Positions 8,457 to 17,623 of a stretch of 33,578 bases of DNA are shown here, piece by piece. The notes below the pieces were generated by a model, which was not told the origin of the DNA, made no database searches, and saw only the letters and a list, made by a program, of their open reading frames with translations. Made by a program: the position numbers and the translations under genes. Origin of the DNA: Sphaerochaetaceae bacterium. GTDB lineage: Bacteria > Spirochaetota > Spirochaetia > Sphaerochaetales > Sphaerochaetaceae. Each line of letters begins with the position of its first letter. Positions within the stretch are counted from its first letter, which is position 1. Where the stretch lies: the NCBI GenBank assembly GCA_041678405.1, contig JBAYOE010000001.1, positions 1-33,578 on the forward strand. The letters are read 5' to 3'.

Positions 8457-9178
8457 TCTAAAAAGAGTTTCGGGTCGTTTGAAATAATCGCTAAAACTCC
8501 CATATCCAGAAATTCTTTACCCAGTTTTACATCATCTACAGTCCAGGTGATAACAGGGAATCTTTTTTTAATCACCTTCTTGGTTACTAGCTGGTAGTGG
8601 GGTTTCAAATGGGTCGGTTTAGCTATAAAGCGTCCCCAACCTCTTCTTAAAAGAGGGGGAACTTCTTTATCCAGACTGTAGATAACAGCAGTGGGAAGAG
8701 CTCTTTTAGAAATTTTGTTAAAAGATGCTACCACAAAAGGATTGAAAGAGCTGATTAAACAGTACTCTTGCAGAGAGTACTCCCTGATTAAATCCCAACA
8801 CATTTGAGCCAACAACTCATTTTTATAACCTTTGGCTTTTAATTCAATATCGTAATAGAGTTTATTGTTGTGCTTTTTAAAAAGGTCGTTTAGGAGGGGA
8901 ATATTGCCTTTGCCAAATTTGGTTTTGACTTGCAACTTACTCAACTCTTCGTATGTTAAATCCTCGACCTGTGCATCGAGACCAGTAAGTCGCAATAGGT
9001 TGTGGTCGTGAATTATTACCAACTGGTTATCTTTTGAGAGATGAACATCAAACTCAATTGCGTCGATTGAGTTCTCCACACATAAATCAAACGCTTCCAT
9101 GGTGTTTTCGCATGCTTTGGTAGAGTAACCGCGATGGGCCAAAATAAGGTTTCTTTCTCTGCTGTTAAATACGTTCAT
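8453..9178 (-). CDS. Glycerophosphodiester phosphodiesterase (GDPD family, cytosolic UgpQ-like)
   Basis: 241 aa with ILAHRGYS, ENTMEAF and EFDVHLSKDNQLVIIHD motifs. No signal peptide. Its ATG overlaps the nfo stop (ATGA). Confidence 0.85.
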   Translation of the reverse strand: MNVFNSRERNLILAHRGYSTKACENTMEAFDLCVENSIDAIEFDVHLSKDNQLVIIHDHNLLRLTGLDAQVEDLTYEELSKLQVKTKFGKGNIPLLNDLFKKHNNKLYYDIELKAKGYKNELLAQMCWDLIREYSLQEYCLISSFNPFVVASFNKISKRALPTAVIYSLDKEVPPLLRRGWGRFIAKPTHLKPHYQLVTKKVIKKRFPVITWTVDDVKLGKEFLDMGVLAIISNDPKLFLD

Positions 9179-10017
9179 AATGCAAAGCTTCTTAAAAGAT
9201 TAATTTCATCAGCCCATCGACTGGGGTCGTTGGTTTCTAAAATCAGGGGAATATTTTTAAAGCGTTCATCCTGCATTAAAAGTCTAAACGGCTCTAATCC
9301 AAGATTACCCTCTCCCAAGGGAGAGTGGCGGTCGACTTTGCTGTCGTAACCGCTTTTTGCGTCATTGAGGTGAACTCCCATCAATTTGTCAAAACCGATA
9401 ACTGATTGAAATTGTTGAGTCACATTGGTGAAGGTCTTTTCAGTTCTTATATCGTATCCGGCTGCAAAAATGTGGCACGTATCGATACAAACTCCGATGC
9501 GCTCTTGGTATTTGGAAAACTCAATGATTTGGGCAATTTCTTCAAATGTTTTACCCAATGCCGAGCCTTGACCGGCAGTGGTCTCAATCACAGCATATAC
9601 ACCCTCAACTTTTTCTAAAGCAGTGTCTATTCCTTTGGCAATAAGTTTCATGCACTCAACTGGTTCTATTTGATTAAGGTGGGCTCCGGGGTGAAAATTA
9701 AGCCGGTCTAAGCCTAACTGTGCGACTCTTAACAGCTCGTCGGTAAAAGCAAGGACACTTTTCTCCCACTTCTCTAATTCGGGATTCCCAAGGTTGATTA
9801 AATAGCTGTCATGGGGAAGAACTTGTTTTGCACTAAAATTCCCTTCAGCCATTTTTGTCTTAAACAGTTCAATTTGTTCTTCGGTTAAAGCAGGGGCACT
9901 CCACTGCTTCTGGTTTTTTGTAAAGAGGGCAAAAGCGTTGGCACCTATGGCAATTGCATTCTCTACTGCATTGTAAGGGCCGCCTGCGGCACTCACATGG
10001 GCTCCAATGTAGTGCAT
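9175..10017 (-). CDS. nfo: Endonuclease IV (AP endonuclease)
   Basis: 280 aa. MHYIGAHVSAAGG start, TIM-barrel Nfo-like motifs (NFHPGAH, CIDTCHIFAAGYD, GVHLNDAK). Confidence 0.9.
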   Translation of the reverse strand: MHYIGAHVSAAGGPYNAVENAIAIGANAFALFTKNQKQWSAPALTEEQIELFKTKMAEGNFSAKQVLPHDSYLINLGNPELEKWEKSVLAFTDELLRVAQLGLDRLNFHPGAHLNQIEPVECMKLIAKGIDTALEKVEGVYAVIETTAGQGSALGKTFEEIAQIIEFSKYQERIGVCIDTCHIFAAGYDIRTEKTFTNVTQQFQSVIGFDKLMGVHLNDAKSGYDSKVDRHSPLGEGNLGLEPFRLLMQDERFKNIPLILETNDPSRWADEINLLRSFAL

Positions 10018-10114
10018 TCTAACTCCTTTTAGTCGAGACTAAGGAAGATTCCATCCCTTGTCAATTAAAAAACCCCGTGTTAAGTTCTTTCAGTACGGTT
10101 AAAGGGGGAGGACT

Positions 10115-13057
10115 ATGGTCCCTGAAGAAATAAAAGAGCTTAACGTCGGTGATGAATTATTTGGATTCATCCTTAAATCTATAGATGTGATAGAAGAATA
10201 CAGGGCAAAAGGGTATTTGTTTGTCCATAGGCTGACAAACATGGAGGTCTTTCACCTGAAAAATGACGATAAAGAGAATTTCTTCTCTTTTGTATTTAAA
10301 ACCCCGCCTGTTGACGAGTGCGGAACTGCCCATATCATTGAACACTGTATATTGGCCGGCTCAAGGCGTTACCCCATAAAAGACCCCTTCATGGAGCTTT
10401 TAAAAGGGTCGGTGAATACCTTTATGAATGGGATGACCTATCCCGATTACACAATGTATCCCGCAGCAAGTCCCCTTGAAAAAGATTATTATAACCTGTT
10501 TAAAGTTTACTCGGATGCCGTTTTTGACCCTCTGTTAAGGAGAGAGACCTTTTGGCAGGAGGGGATCAGATTAAGTGCAGATGAGAATCGGAATTTGAGT
10601 TTTGACGGTGTAGTTTTTAACGAAATGTTGGGAGAACTCAGTGAACATGACTCAGTGGTCGGTCGGCAAAGCATTAGGAGTCTCTATCCAGACACTCCCT
10701 ATTTTTATGAATCAGGAGGAACGGCAGAAGAGATAATACATCTTAATTATCGCCAGCTTGTCGGCTACTATGCTCAACACTACCACCCCTCAAACTGCCG
10801 CCTTTTTTTGTATGGAAATCAGGATGGTGCACTGGCTTTAAACCATTTAGAGGATAACTATTTGGGTAACTATGCCAAAACAGCCGCAGTCGGAGCCTCT
10901 GCTTTGGCAAAAGAGTGGACCAGTGAACAGGAGGTATTTACCACCAGCGGTTCCGAAGGAGAAAACCCATTTAAAAATAATGCTTCCATTACCATTAACT
11001 GGGCTACGACAGCTTTAGAAAACCCGTTGGAAGTCATAACACTGCAGACACTGGTAGATATCCTACTGGGAAATCCGGGAGCACCTTTATACAAAGCGAT
11101 AATAGAGAGCGAACTTGCCAAAGATATCTCTCCTATCAGCGGGATGGATACCAGCTTCAGGCAGATGCCTTTCAGTGTCGGCTTTAAGGGAATCAATATT
11201 GAAGATAAAGAGCAAGCCCTTTTGCTTGTGTTAAAAACGCTGACGAATTTAGTTGAGAAAGGTATCGACAAAAGACTAATATCCAATGCAATAAAAAGAC
11301 AGGAATTTTACCTTAAAGAGTATTCCAGTGATGTCCCAATCGGTTTTAGAGCCCTTAACAGAGCTCTTAGAGGATGGCTGAATGAGTTGCACCCAACAAC
11401 CACAATTGGAGTACAAAAACCGTTACAGGAGCTTAAGAACATCCTTGAAAAAGATAAAAGGTACTTTGAAAAATGGATTAAGAAAAACCTTTTGGAGAAC
11501 AAGCATCGCTCGTTAGTTGTAGTGAAACCCGACCCGTTATTTAATGAACAATTGGAAGAGACCATAAATAAACGGCTGACTGAGATTAAAGGATCTTTGG
11601 AAGAGACGGAATGGGAAAAGTTAATCGAAGACAATAAAAATTTTGAAGCTTTTGAAAATTCCAAAGAGAGTGAAGAGGCAATAGCTACAATCCCGCGTTT
11701 AAACAAAGAAGATTTACCCAAAGAAATTCGAGTTTTCGAACAACGAGAGGAGAACATTAACGGTGTAACCCTCTATCTCCAAAACCTTGATACAAACGGA
11801 ATAATCTACACCGACGGATTTTTTAAAATTGAGAATCTCAGTTTTAAGGAATTAGTGAATATTCCGCTACTTATCAGGATGTTACAGTTAAGCGGGGTGG
11901 GAAAACTCAGTTATGATGAGATTGCACTGAAGATAAGGGACAAAACAGGCGGTCTTTCTCTGTTTTTGGAGACCTCTACGGTTCTGGGGGATAATAAAGA
12001 AGAGTTCATTGCACTGGGTTTTAGATTAAAAGCTCTTAAAGAGGATAATTCTGAGGCTTTAAATCTCCTTTCCGATATCCTGCGAAACTCCAACTTAGAT
12101 GATTTAGAACGACTTAAAGCTACAATAAATGACCTAATCAGTAGTTTCGAATCTTCTGTTACTTCAATGCCGCAAATGTTTGGATCCCAAAGAGCCTCAG
12201 CCTCTTTGTCACCTTTGCTCTATAAAAATGAACTACTAAATGGAATCAAGCAGTGGTTGCATCTGAATAAGATTGATTTGAAGAGCGATGAAGAACTAAA
12301 AAAAGTCTCTTTATCCTTAATTAAGCTACGGGATAAAATAGTAAAAAAAGGGAACTTAATACTCCACATCTGCAATGAAACAAAGAATGAGCAAGAACTT
12401 TTACCCTTTATTACCTCGTTTGAGCAAGAAGAAAAGGTGGCAAAAAAAAGAGCTGAGCAACTTCCTATTTTAAAAGATATCGAACTTTTCAGAATTCCCA
12501 GTCCGGTTAGTTTCAGTGCCGTCGTTTCTCTGAGTGCGAAAGCGGGAAGCCGTCTTCAGGCTCATCAGACAGTTTTAGCCCATGTGTTGACTACAAATCA
12601 TTTGTGGAACCAGATCAGGGGAATCGGCGGAGCCTATGGGGCATCTACCCATATAGATATGCTAGAAGAGCTGATTATTTTTACGACTTACAGAGACCCT
12701 AGGATTAAAGCATCGCTTAATGATTATTTTGAGATACTTAAAGAGATTTCAAACAAAGGGATAGAACAAAACATTTTGGATAAATCGATTATTAATATTG
12801 TCGGAAAGGAGATTCGTCCTCTTTATCCAAAAGAAGCTTCAATGATTGCTTTCAGGCGTAAACTGTACAACATAACCGATAATTTTAGGTCGGAGAGAAG
12901 ATCATATCTGCTTGATACAAGTATTGAAGATATTAAAAATGGAGCTAAAGCAATATTGGAAGCACTGGAGAATAAATCTAAAACTGTTGTAATAGGCTCG
13001 CAAAAACTTTTTGACAAAGACTCTTTTACGGTCAAATCGGTTAAACTTCCTCTTTAG
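10115..13057 (+). CDS. M16C family zinc metallopeptidase (PreP/insulinase-like)
   Basis: 980 aa. HxxEH zinc motif (TAHIIEHC). Length and layout match PreP-type M16C enzymes. GGGGGAGG RBS. Confidence 0.85.
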   Translation: MVPEEIKELNVGDELFGFILKSIDVIEEYRAKGYLFVHRLTNMEVFHLKNDDKENFFSFVFKTPPVDECGTAHIIEHCILAGSRRYPIKDPFMELLKGSVNTFMNGMTYPDYTMYPAASPLEKDYYNLFKVYSDAVFDPLLRRETFWQEGIRLSADENRNLSFDGVVFNEMLGELSEHDSVVGRQSIRSLYPDTPYFYESGGTAEEIIHLNYRQLVGYYAQHYHPSNCRLFLYGNQDGALALNHLEDNYLGNYAKTAAVGASALAKEWTSEQEVFTTSGSEGENPFKNNASITINWATTALENPLEVITLQTLVDILLGNPGAPLYKAIIESELAKDISPISGMDTSFRQMPFSVGFKGINIEDKEQALLLVLKTLTNLVEKGIDKRLISNAIKRQEFYLKEYSSDVPIGFRALNRALRGWLNELHPTTTIGVQKPLQELKNILEKDKRYFEKWIKKNLLENKHRSLVVVKPDPLFNEQLEETINKRLTEIKGSLEETEWEKLIEDNKNFEAFENSKESEEAIATIPRLNKEDLPKEIRVFEQREENINGVTLYLQNLDTNGIIYTDGFFKIENLSFKELVNIPLLIRMLQLSGVGKLSYDEIALKIRDKTGGLSLFLETSTVLGDNKEEFIALGFRLKALKEDNSEALNLLSDILRNSNLDDLERLKATINDLISSFESSVTSMPQMFGSQRASASLSPLLYKNELLNGIKQWLHLNKIDLKSDEELKKVSLSLIKLRDKIVKKGNLILHICNETKNEQELLPFITSFEQEEKVAKKRAEQLPILKDIELFRIPSPVSFSAVVSLSAKAGSRLQAHQTVLAHVLTTNHLWNQIRGIGGAYGASTHIDMLEELIIFTTYRDPRIKASLNDYFEILKEISNKGIEQNILDKSIINIVGKEIRPLYPKEASMIAFRRKLYNITDNFRSERRSYLLDTSIEDIKNGAKAILEALENKSKTVVIGSQKLFDKDSFTVKSVKLPL

Positions 13058-14411
13058 GTGTGACTACGGGAGCATCGTTAAGTTCTTTGCCTACAGCTTC
13101 TCCCCAGATGCGTGCCAGGTGGTTTAATCCGCCTGGGTCTTTGACCTTTAGGACAAGGCATCGGCGGATACTGGCTAACCCCCTGACGATATCTTCGGCA
13201 AGGGCTTTACAGGTTGGGCTGCCACACAGACCACAATCTATACCCGGAAGGACATCCTCAATGCGGCTTGCTTTTTCCATCTTTTTAATGGCTTCTGATG
13301 TGTTCACATCAAGCTGCAATGAGTTGATAGGTTTTACTCTGTTGTACTTAATGTTTCTGATTAAGTGTTGCCCGGTTTTCATAATCTCATCTTTTAAGTT
13401 CTGAGGCAGGTCATTGGGCAGTTTTGCAGCATGATGTTTCATCCTCTCAGTCGCCAAAAAACGGTTACGGGGGGTTAATATTCCACCGCTACAGCCGGTT
13501 GCGCAAGCTCTGAGTTCCAAGAAATCGAAATTTTTAGACCGTTCATCTTCTAAAAGCTCCAAAAATTCAATGACATTGTGCAATTCATCGACAGAGAGGG
13601 TTCTGCCCTGCATCAAAGAGCTTTCTCCCTTCGTCAGACTCCATAGGAATGCCCCTTTTGTGACCGGCGGAATTTCAATTTTTAACTTACTTAACCGCTC
13701 TTTCTTACCGGTGGAAGAGAGCTGCTTTTTTATTAGATTAAAGATGTAGTCGAGGTTTAAGCCTCCCTGTATCAGCCCGCTTGTCGCAGAGCCGGGAGTC
13801 TTTATTTGGGCGTACTTCGCCGCACAAGGGGTAATATAGAAAATACCCACCTCTTTAGAGTTTGCTCCTAAGGACTCTAAATAAGATCTCACATACAGGG
13901 CAGTTATCTGAGCGGGAGTTCTGACTAAATTTACATTGGGTAAGAGATTGGGATATCGGATTTGAATGAGACGAACACTAGCCGGACAGTAGGAAGAGAC
14001 AACGGGGTTTTGGTCGGCATAAACACTGATATTAGCTCCCAGGGTACGAAGAATATCGACACCGAATTCGCTGTAGTAGATGTGGGTAAATCCGACCTCT
14101 CCCAAAGCCCCGATGATTTGTTGCTCACTTATTTCATCCTCGAATTGACCTATTAAGACCGAAGGGATGAGAGCTACCCTGTATTGGTAGCTGTATATCT
14201 GATTAAGGTCGTTTTGTTCAATTATGATTGCACTGTGGGGGCAGACATCCATACACTGTCCGCAATCGACGCATCTTTCATAGTTTATACGGGCTTTACC
14301 TCCCGTTATTCTGATAGCTTCGGTGGGACAGACTTTCATGCAGTGGGTACAGCCTTGGCAAATATTCTCTTTGACGGTTAAGCTGTGGAAAAATGTTTCG
14401 TCACGCATCAT
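13041..14411 (-). CDS. [FeFe]-hydrogenase-like Fe-S protein, putative sensory (HydS-type)
   Basis: 456 aa. Two CxxCxxCxxxCP motifs. Degenerate H-cluster motifs SSYCP / TPCAAKYAQ / LELRACATGCSGG. C-terminal Cx2Cx4Cx16C (CGLCGSPTCK...RRC). Confidence 0.75.
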   Translation of the reverse strand: MMRDETFFHSLTVKENICQGCTHCMKVCPTEAIRITGGKARINYERCVDCGQCMDVCPHSAIIIEQNDLNQIYSYQYRVALIPSVLIGQFEDEISEQQIIGALGEVGFTHIYYSEFGVDILRTLGANISVYADQNPVVSSYCPASVRLIQIRYPNLLPNVNLVRTPAQITALYVRSYLESLGANSKEVGIFYITPCAAKYAQIKTPGSATSGLIQGGLNLDYIFNLIKKQLSSTGKKERLSKLKIEIPPVTKGAFLWSLTKGESSLMQGRTLSVDELHNVIEFLELLEDERSKNFDFLELRACATGCSGGILTPRNRFLATERMKHHAAKLPNDLPQNLKDEIMKTGQHLIRNIKYNRVKPINSLQLDVNTSEAIKKMEKASRIEDVLPGIDCGLCGSPTCKALAEDIVRGLASIRRCLVLKVKDPGGLNHLARIWGEAVGKELNDAPVVTPKEEV

Positions 14412-14835
14412 TGTCCCCTTTAGCGATATTGAAAACCAACTTTATTATTGTCGGATTGTCTTTGGCGGTATCAATACTCATCTCATCGCAGTTGTTTTTA
14501 ATATTAATTAAGCCCATTCCTGCTCCAAAGCCCATCTCTCTGACCTCTTCACTAGCCGTTGAGAACCCCTCAGTCATTGCCAACTTTAAATCGGGGATAC
14601 CCGGTCCGGTATCACTGACTATAATTGTAATGACCTGTGGATCGATAAGGCATTCTATCTCTCCTCCATAGGAGTGGGCAACCACATTAACTTCGGCTTC
14701 ATACAAAGCCACTATTATTCTTTTGATGTCCTTTGGATCCAAATTCAGTTGCTTTAAGGTTCCCTTTAGTGCACTGGAGACTTTCCCCGCATTTGCAAAG
14801 TCCCCGCTGGAAACCTGATAAATCTTATTCATCAA
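14401..14835 (-). CDS. GHKL/RsbW-type ATPase (anti-sigma-factor-like Ser/Thr kinase fold)
   Basis: 144 aa. ALYEAEVNVVAHS (N-box-like), SDTGPGIPD (G1-like) and GFGAGMGL (G2-like). Overlaps the downstream hydrogenase-like gene by 11 nt. Confidence 0.75.
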   Translation of the reverse strand: MMNKIYQVSSGDFANAGKVSSALKGTLKQLNLDPKDIKRIIVALYEAEVNVVAHSYGGEIECLIDPQVITIIVSDTGPGIPDLKLAMTEGFSTASEEVREMGFGAGMGLINIKNNCDEMSIDTAKDNPTIIKLVFNIAKGDNDA

Positions 14836-14841
14836 AATCTC

Positions 14842-15186
14842 CTAGTAGACAGGTTTTAAACCGTTGCTAAAGAGTAAACCACTTGACTTAAACATGGAAT
14901 AGGGGGTTGTTATTACGGTAATTCCGTGCTCTTGGGCTAAATCCAACATGGTTTTTGTCGGTTTTTTGTTTCTCACAAATAGAATTTGGAGGATATCGGA
15001 CATCTCGGCTGTTCTGATGGCTTGGTTGTTCGATAACCCTGTTATTAAAAGGATATCATCGGCTAATAAGGTTAAAACATCACTCATTAAATCAGAAGCA
15101 AATCCTAAAAGAACTTCCCTCTCTAAATTATCTTCTCCGCAGAGTACAGTTCCGTCAACAATTCGGACAACTTCGCTCAATTTCAT
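14842..15186 (-). CDS. DRTGG domain protein
   Basis: I prefer the ATG at 15184-15186 (MKLSEVV...) because AGGAG lies 8 nt upstream. The ORF track starts at 15207. LLITGLSNNQAIRTA...GITVITTPYSMF matches the DRTGG layout. Confidence 0.7.
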   Translation of the reverse strand: MKLSEVVRIVDGTVLCGEDNLEREVLLGFASDLMSDVLTLLADDILLITGLSNNQAIRTAEMSDILQILFVRNKKPTKTMLDLAQEHGITVITTPYSMFKSSGLLFSNGLKPVY

Positions 15187-15293
15187 CTGCAAAACTCCTG
15201 TAACCACTATCTTAACTATTTAATTTACCTGTGGAAGGTTTATCGGTTTCCAGCTATACTGTAGCATGATTTAACCACTATGAGGAGGATAAT

Positions 15294-16802
15294 GTGTTCT
15301 ATGTTGGTTCTTTAGACCAAGGGACAACCAGTACCAGGTTTTTCTTGTTTGACAATCAAGGAAAAGTTGTCGCTTCAAGTCAACTTGAGCACAAGCAGTT
15401 TTTTCCCCAACCGGGGTGGGTGGAACACGATGCGTCAGAGATCTGGGAAAACAGTGTTGCCGTTATTAGTCAAACTCTGAAAAAGATAAAAATTAAAATT
15501 ACCGACATTAAAGGGTTGGGCATTACAAACCAAAGAGAGACAATAGTTGCTTGGGAACCCGAGAGTGGAAAGATCAGACACAATGCAATTGTGTGGCAGG
15601 ACTTAAGGGGAACAGAGTTAATAAATAAAATCAAAGAGACTGAAGTAGGCTCTAAGATAGCTCAAATAACTGGGTTGGTTCCGTCGCCCTATTTCAGTGC
15701 CGCTAAAATTGCGTGGTTGTTGGATAACGATGACAGTCTGAAAAAAGATGCCCAAAACGGAAAAGTTATATTTGGAACAATCGATACATTTTTGGTTTGG
15801 AATTTAACCGGCGGACCTAAAAAAGGGAGAATTGTGACCGATGCCACCAATGCCAGCCGTTACATGTTGATGGATATCGAAACACTGTGTTGGAGTGACG
15901 AACTGTTGGATTTATTTGAGATCCCAAAAACAGCTCTTCCCGAGATAGTCAGTTCCTTTGGGGAAGTTTATGGCTATACCACCAATGAAGGTCCCTTTGG
16001 TACAGAGGTTGCTGTCGGCGGAATTTTAGGTGACCAACAGGCAGCTTTGTTCGGACAAGCCTGTTTTAAAGAGGGGCAATGTAAAAGCACCTACGGCACA
16101 GGTTGTTTTTTGCTGGCAAATACCGGTGAAAATCTTTACCGTTCAAAAAGAGGCCTTTTAAGTACGGTTGCTTATAAAGAATACGGTAAAAAAGCCGTTT
16201 ATGCTTTGGAGGGCTCAATCGCCGTGGCCGGTTCTCTAGTTCAATGGGCCAGGGACAACCTTAAGTTGGTAAAAAGCGCCTCCGAACTGGATCAAAAAGC
16301 AATGGAAGTTGATGACTGCGGCGGTGTTTACATAGTACCGGCATTTTCCGGTCTTTTTGCCCCATATTGGCGCAGCGATGCCAGAGGCGTTATAGCCGGA
16401 CTGACTGGGTATGTGACAACCTCCCATATCTGCAGGGCAATCTTGGAAGCAACTGCATTTCAGGTAAAGGACATCTTTGATGCTATGCAGGAAGATGCTA
16501 AATTGGAGATTGCGAGTCTGAAGGTAGACGGGGGGATGACAAACAGTCGCCCGTTGATGGAATTTCAAGCCGATTTACTGGGGATTCCGGTTATTAGACC
16601 GGATGTTTTTGAAACTACTGCACTCGGGGCAGCTTACGCAGCCGGACTTAGTGTCGGGCTTTGGAACTCTTTGGACGAACTGACCGTTTATTGGAAAGAA
16701 AAATCGAGATGGCTGGCATCTATGGACCAGTCAGTTAGAGAGAAAAAAATCTTGTTTTGGAACAAGGCAATTGAGAGAACCCTTAATTGGGAGACGGAGT
16801 AA
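15294..16802 (+). CDS. glpK: Glycerol kinase
   Basis: 502 aa. LDQGTTSTRF, GITNQRET, FGTIDT.L.W and GDQQAALFGQ motifs. GTG start 5 nt after GGAGG. Confidence 0.93.
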   Translation: MFYVGSLDQGTTSTRFFLFDNQGKVVASSQLEHKQFFPQPGWVEHDASEIWENSVAVISQTLKKIKIKITDIKGLGITNQRETIVAWEPESGKIRHNAIVWQDLRGTELINKIKETEVGSKIAQITGLVPSPYFSAAKIAWLLDNDDSLKKDAQNGKVIFGTIDTFLVWNLTGGPKKGRIVTDATNASRYMLMDIETLCWSDELLDLFEIPKTALPEIVSSFGEVYGYTTNEGPFGTEVAVGGILGDQQAALFGQACFKEGQCKSTYGTGCFLLANTGENLYRSKRGLLSTVAYKEYGKKAVYALEGSIAVAGSLVQWARDNLKLVKSASELDQKAMEVDDCGGVYIVPAFSGLFAPYWRSDARGVIAGLTGYVTTSHICRAILEATAFQVKDIFDAMQEDAKLEIASLKVDGGMTNSRPLMEFQADLLGIPVIRPDVFETTALGAAYAAGLSVGLWNSLDELTVYWKEKSRWLASMDQSVREKKILFWNKAIERTLNWETE

Positions 16803-16807
16803 AGAGA

Positions 16808-17623
16808 GTGGCTGATTCTTCTTTTTTAGCTTCTGCATGGTCTGTTTTAGCCCCAATAATTGAAATAGGGGTTTTAACTTATATTTTTTATCGCTTTCAT
16901 ACCGCCGTTGCCCAAACAAAAGCCCAACAGATTGGTAAAATTGTCTTTATCTTAGTTGCTCTTTACAGTGTTTCGAGAATTTTAAATCTAGTTACCCTTT
17001 TATGGTTGTATAGGTATATGACTATTCCGATTGTCATTTTTTTGAGTGTTGTTTACCAGCCTGAACTTCGGAGGGCTTTTACCCAAATCTTCAGCGGACG
17101 CAGCGGTCTTTTCAGAATTGGGACAACTACCACAAGTGACCAAATTGACATTGTTCTGAATGCATGCAACGTCCTTGTCTCCAAAAGAAGGGGAGCATTA
17201 ATAGTCTTTACCCGTCATTTGGGAATCAAGGGGATAATAGATTCGGGAACCCGCCTTAACGCAGATCTCTCCTCAGCATTGATTCTGACTGTTTTTGACC
17301 ACGATACCCCTTTGCACGACGGTGCTATGGTAATTCAGGGGGGTAAGATTTTGGCAGCGGGGTGTTATCTCCCTCTCAGTGAGCAAACCGATATTAAAAA
17401 GAGCTTTGGAACCCGTCACCGAGCTGCCCTAGGCCTGGCTGAAGAATCTGATGCAATTGTTTTGATAGTCAGCGAAGAGACTGGGGCCATGAGCCTTACT
17501 TACAATGCAAACCTCTATTATGACCTAGATGCCCAGACTGTTAAAAGGATGCTTTTGGCTCTGTTCAGTTATCATGATATAACGCCTCAACAGATTTCGG
17601 AGGATAATTCAGATGAACAGTAG
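16808..17623 (+). CDS. cdaA: Diadenylate cyclase CdaA (c-di-AMP synthase)
   Basis: Three N-terminal TM helices, then a DAC domain (PLHDGAMVI, GTRHRAALGLAEESDAIVLIVSEETG). I prefer the in-frame GTG at 16808, 8 nt after GGAG. The ORF track has a TTG start at 16787. Confidence 0.88.
   Translation: MADSSFLASAWSVLAPIIEIGVLTYIFYRFHTAVAQTKAQQIGKIVFILVALYSVSRILNLVTLLWLYRYMTIPIVIFLSVVYQPELRRAFTQIFSGRSGLFRIGTTTTSDQIDIVLNACNVLVSKRRGALIVFTRHLGIKGIIDSGTRLNADLSSALILTVFDHDTPLHDGAMVIQGGKILAAGCYLPLSEQTDIKKSFGTRHRAALGLAEESDAIVLIVSEETGAMSLTYNANLYYDLDAQTVKRMLLALFSYHDITPQQISEDNSDEQ

Noticed and set aside
10870-11757. Two long antisense ORFs (138 and 149 aa) inside the M16 peptidase gene.
   Set aside because: They are Ser/Leu-rich and low-complexity, have no RBS, and lie fully antisense to a gene with strong motif support. 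This is the typical mirror-frame artefact of AT-rich coding sequence.
14393-15223. Plus-strand ORFs (92 and 91 aa) opposite the ATPase and DRTGG genes.
   Set aside because: They are antisense to genes with clear domain signatures, have no SD, and their composition looks like a frame artefact.
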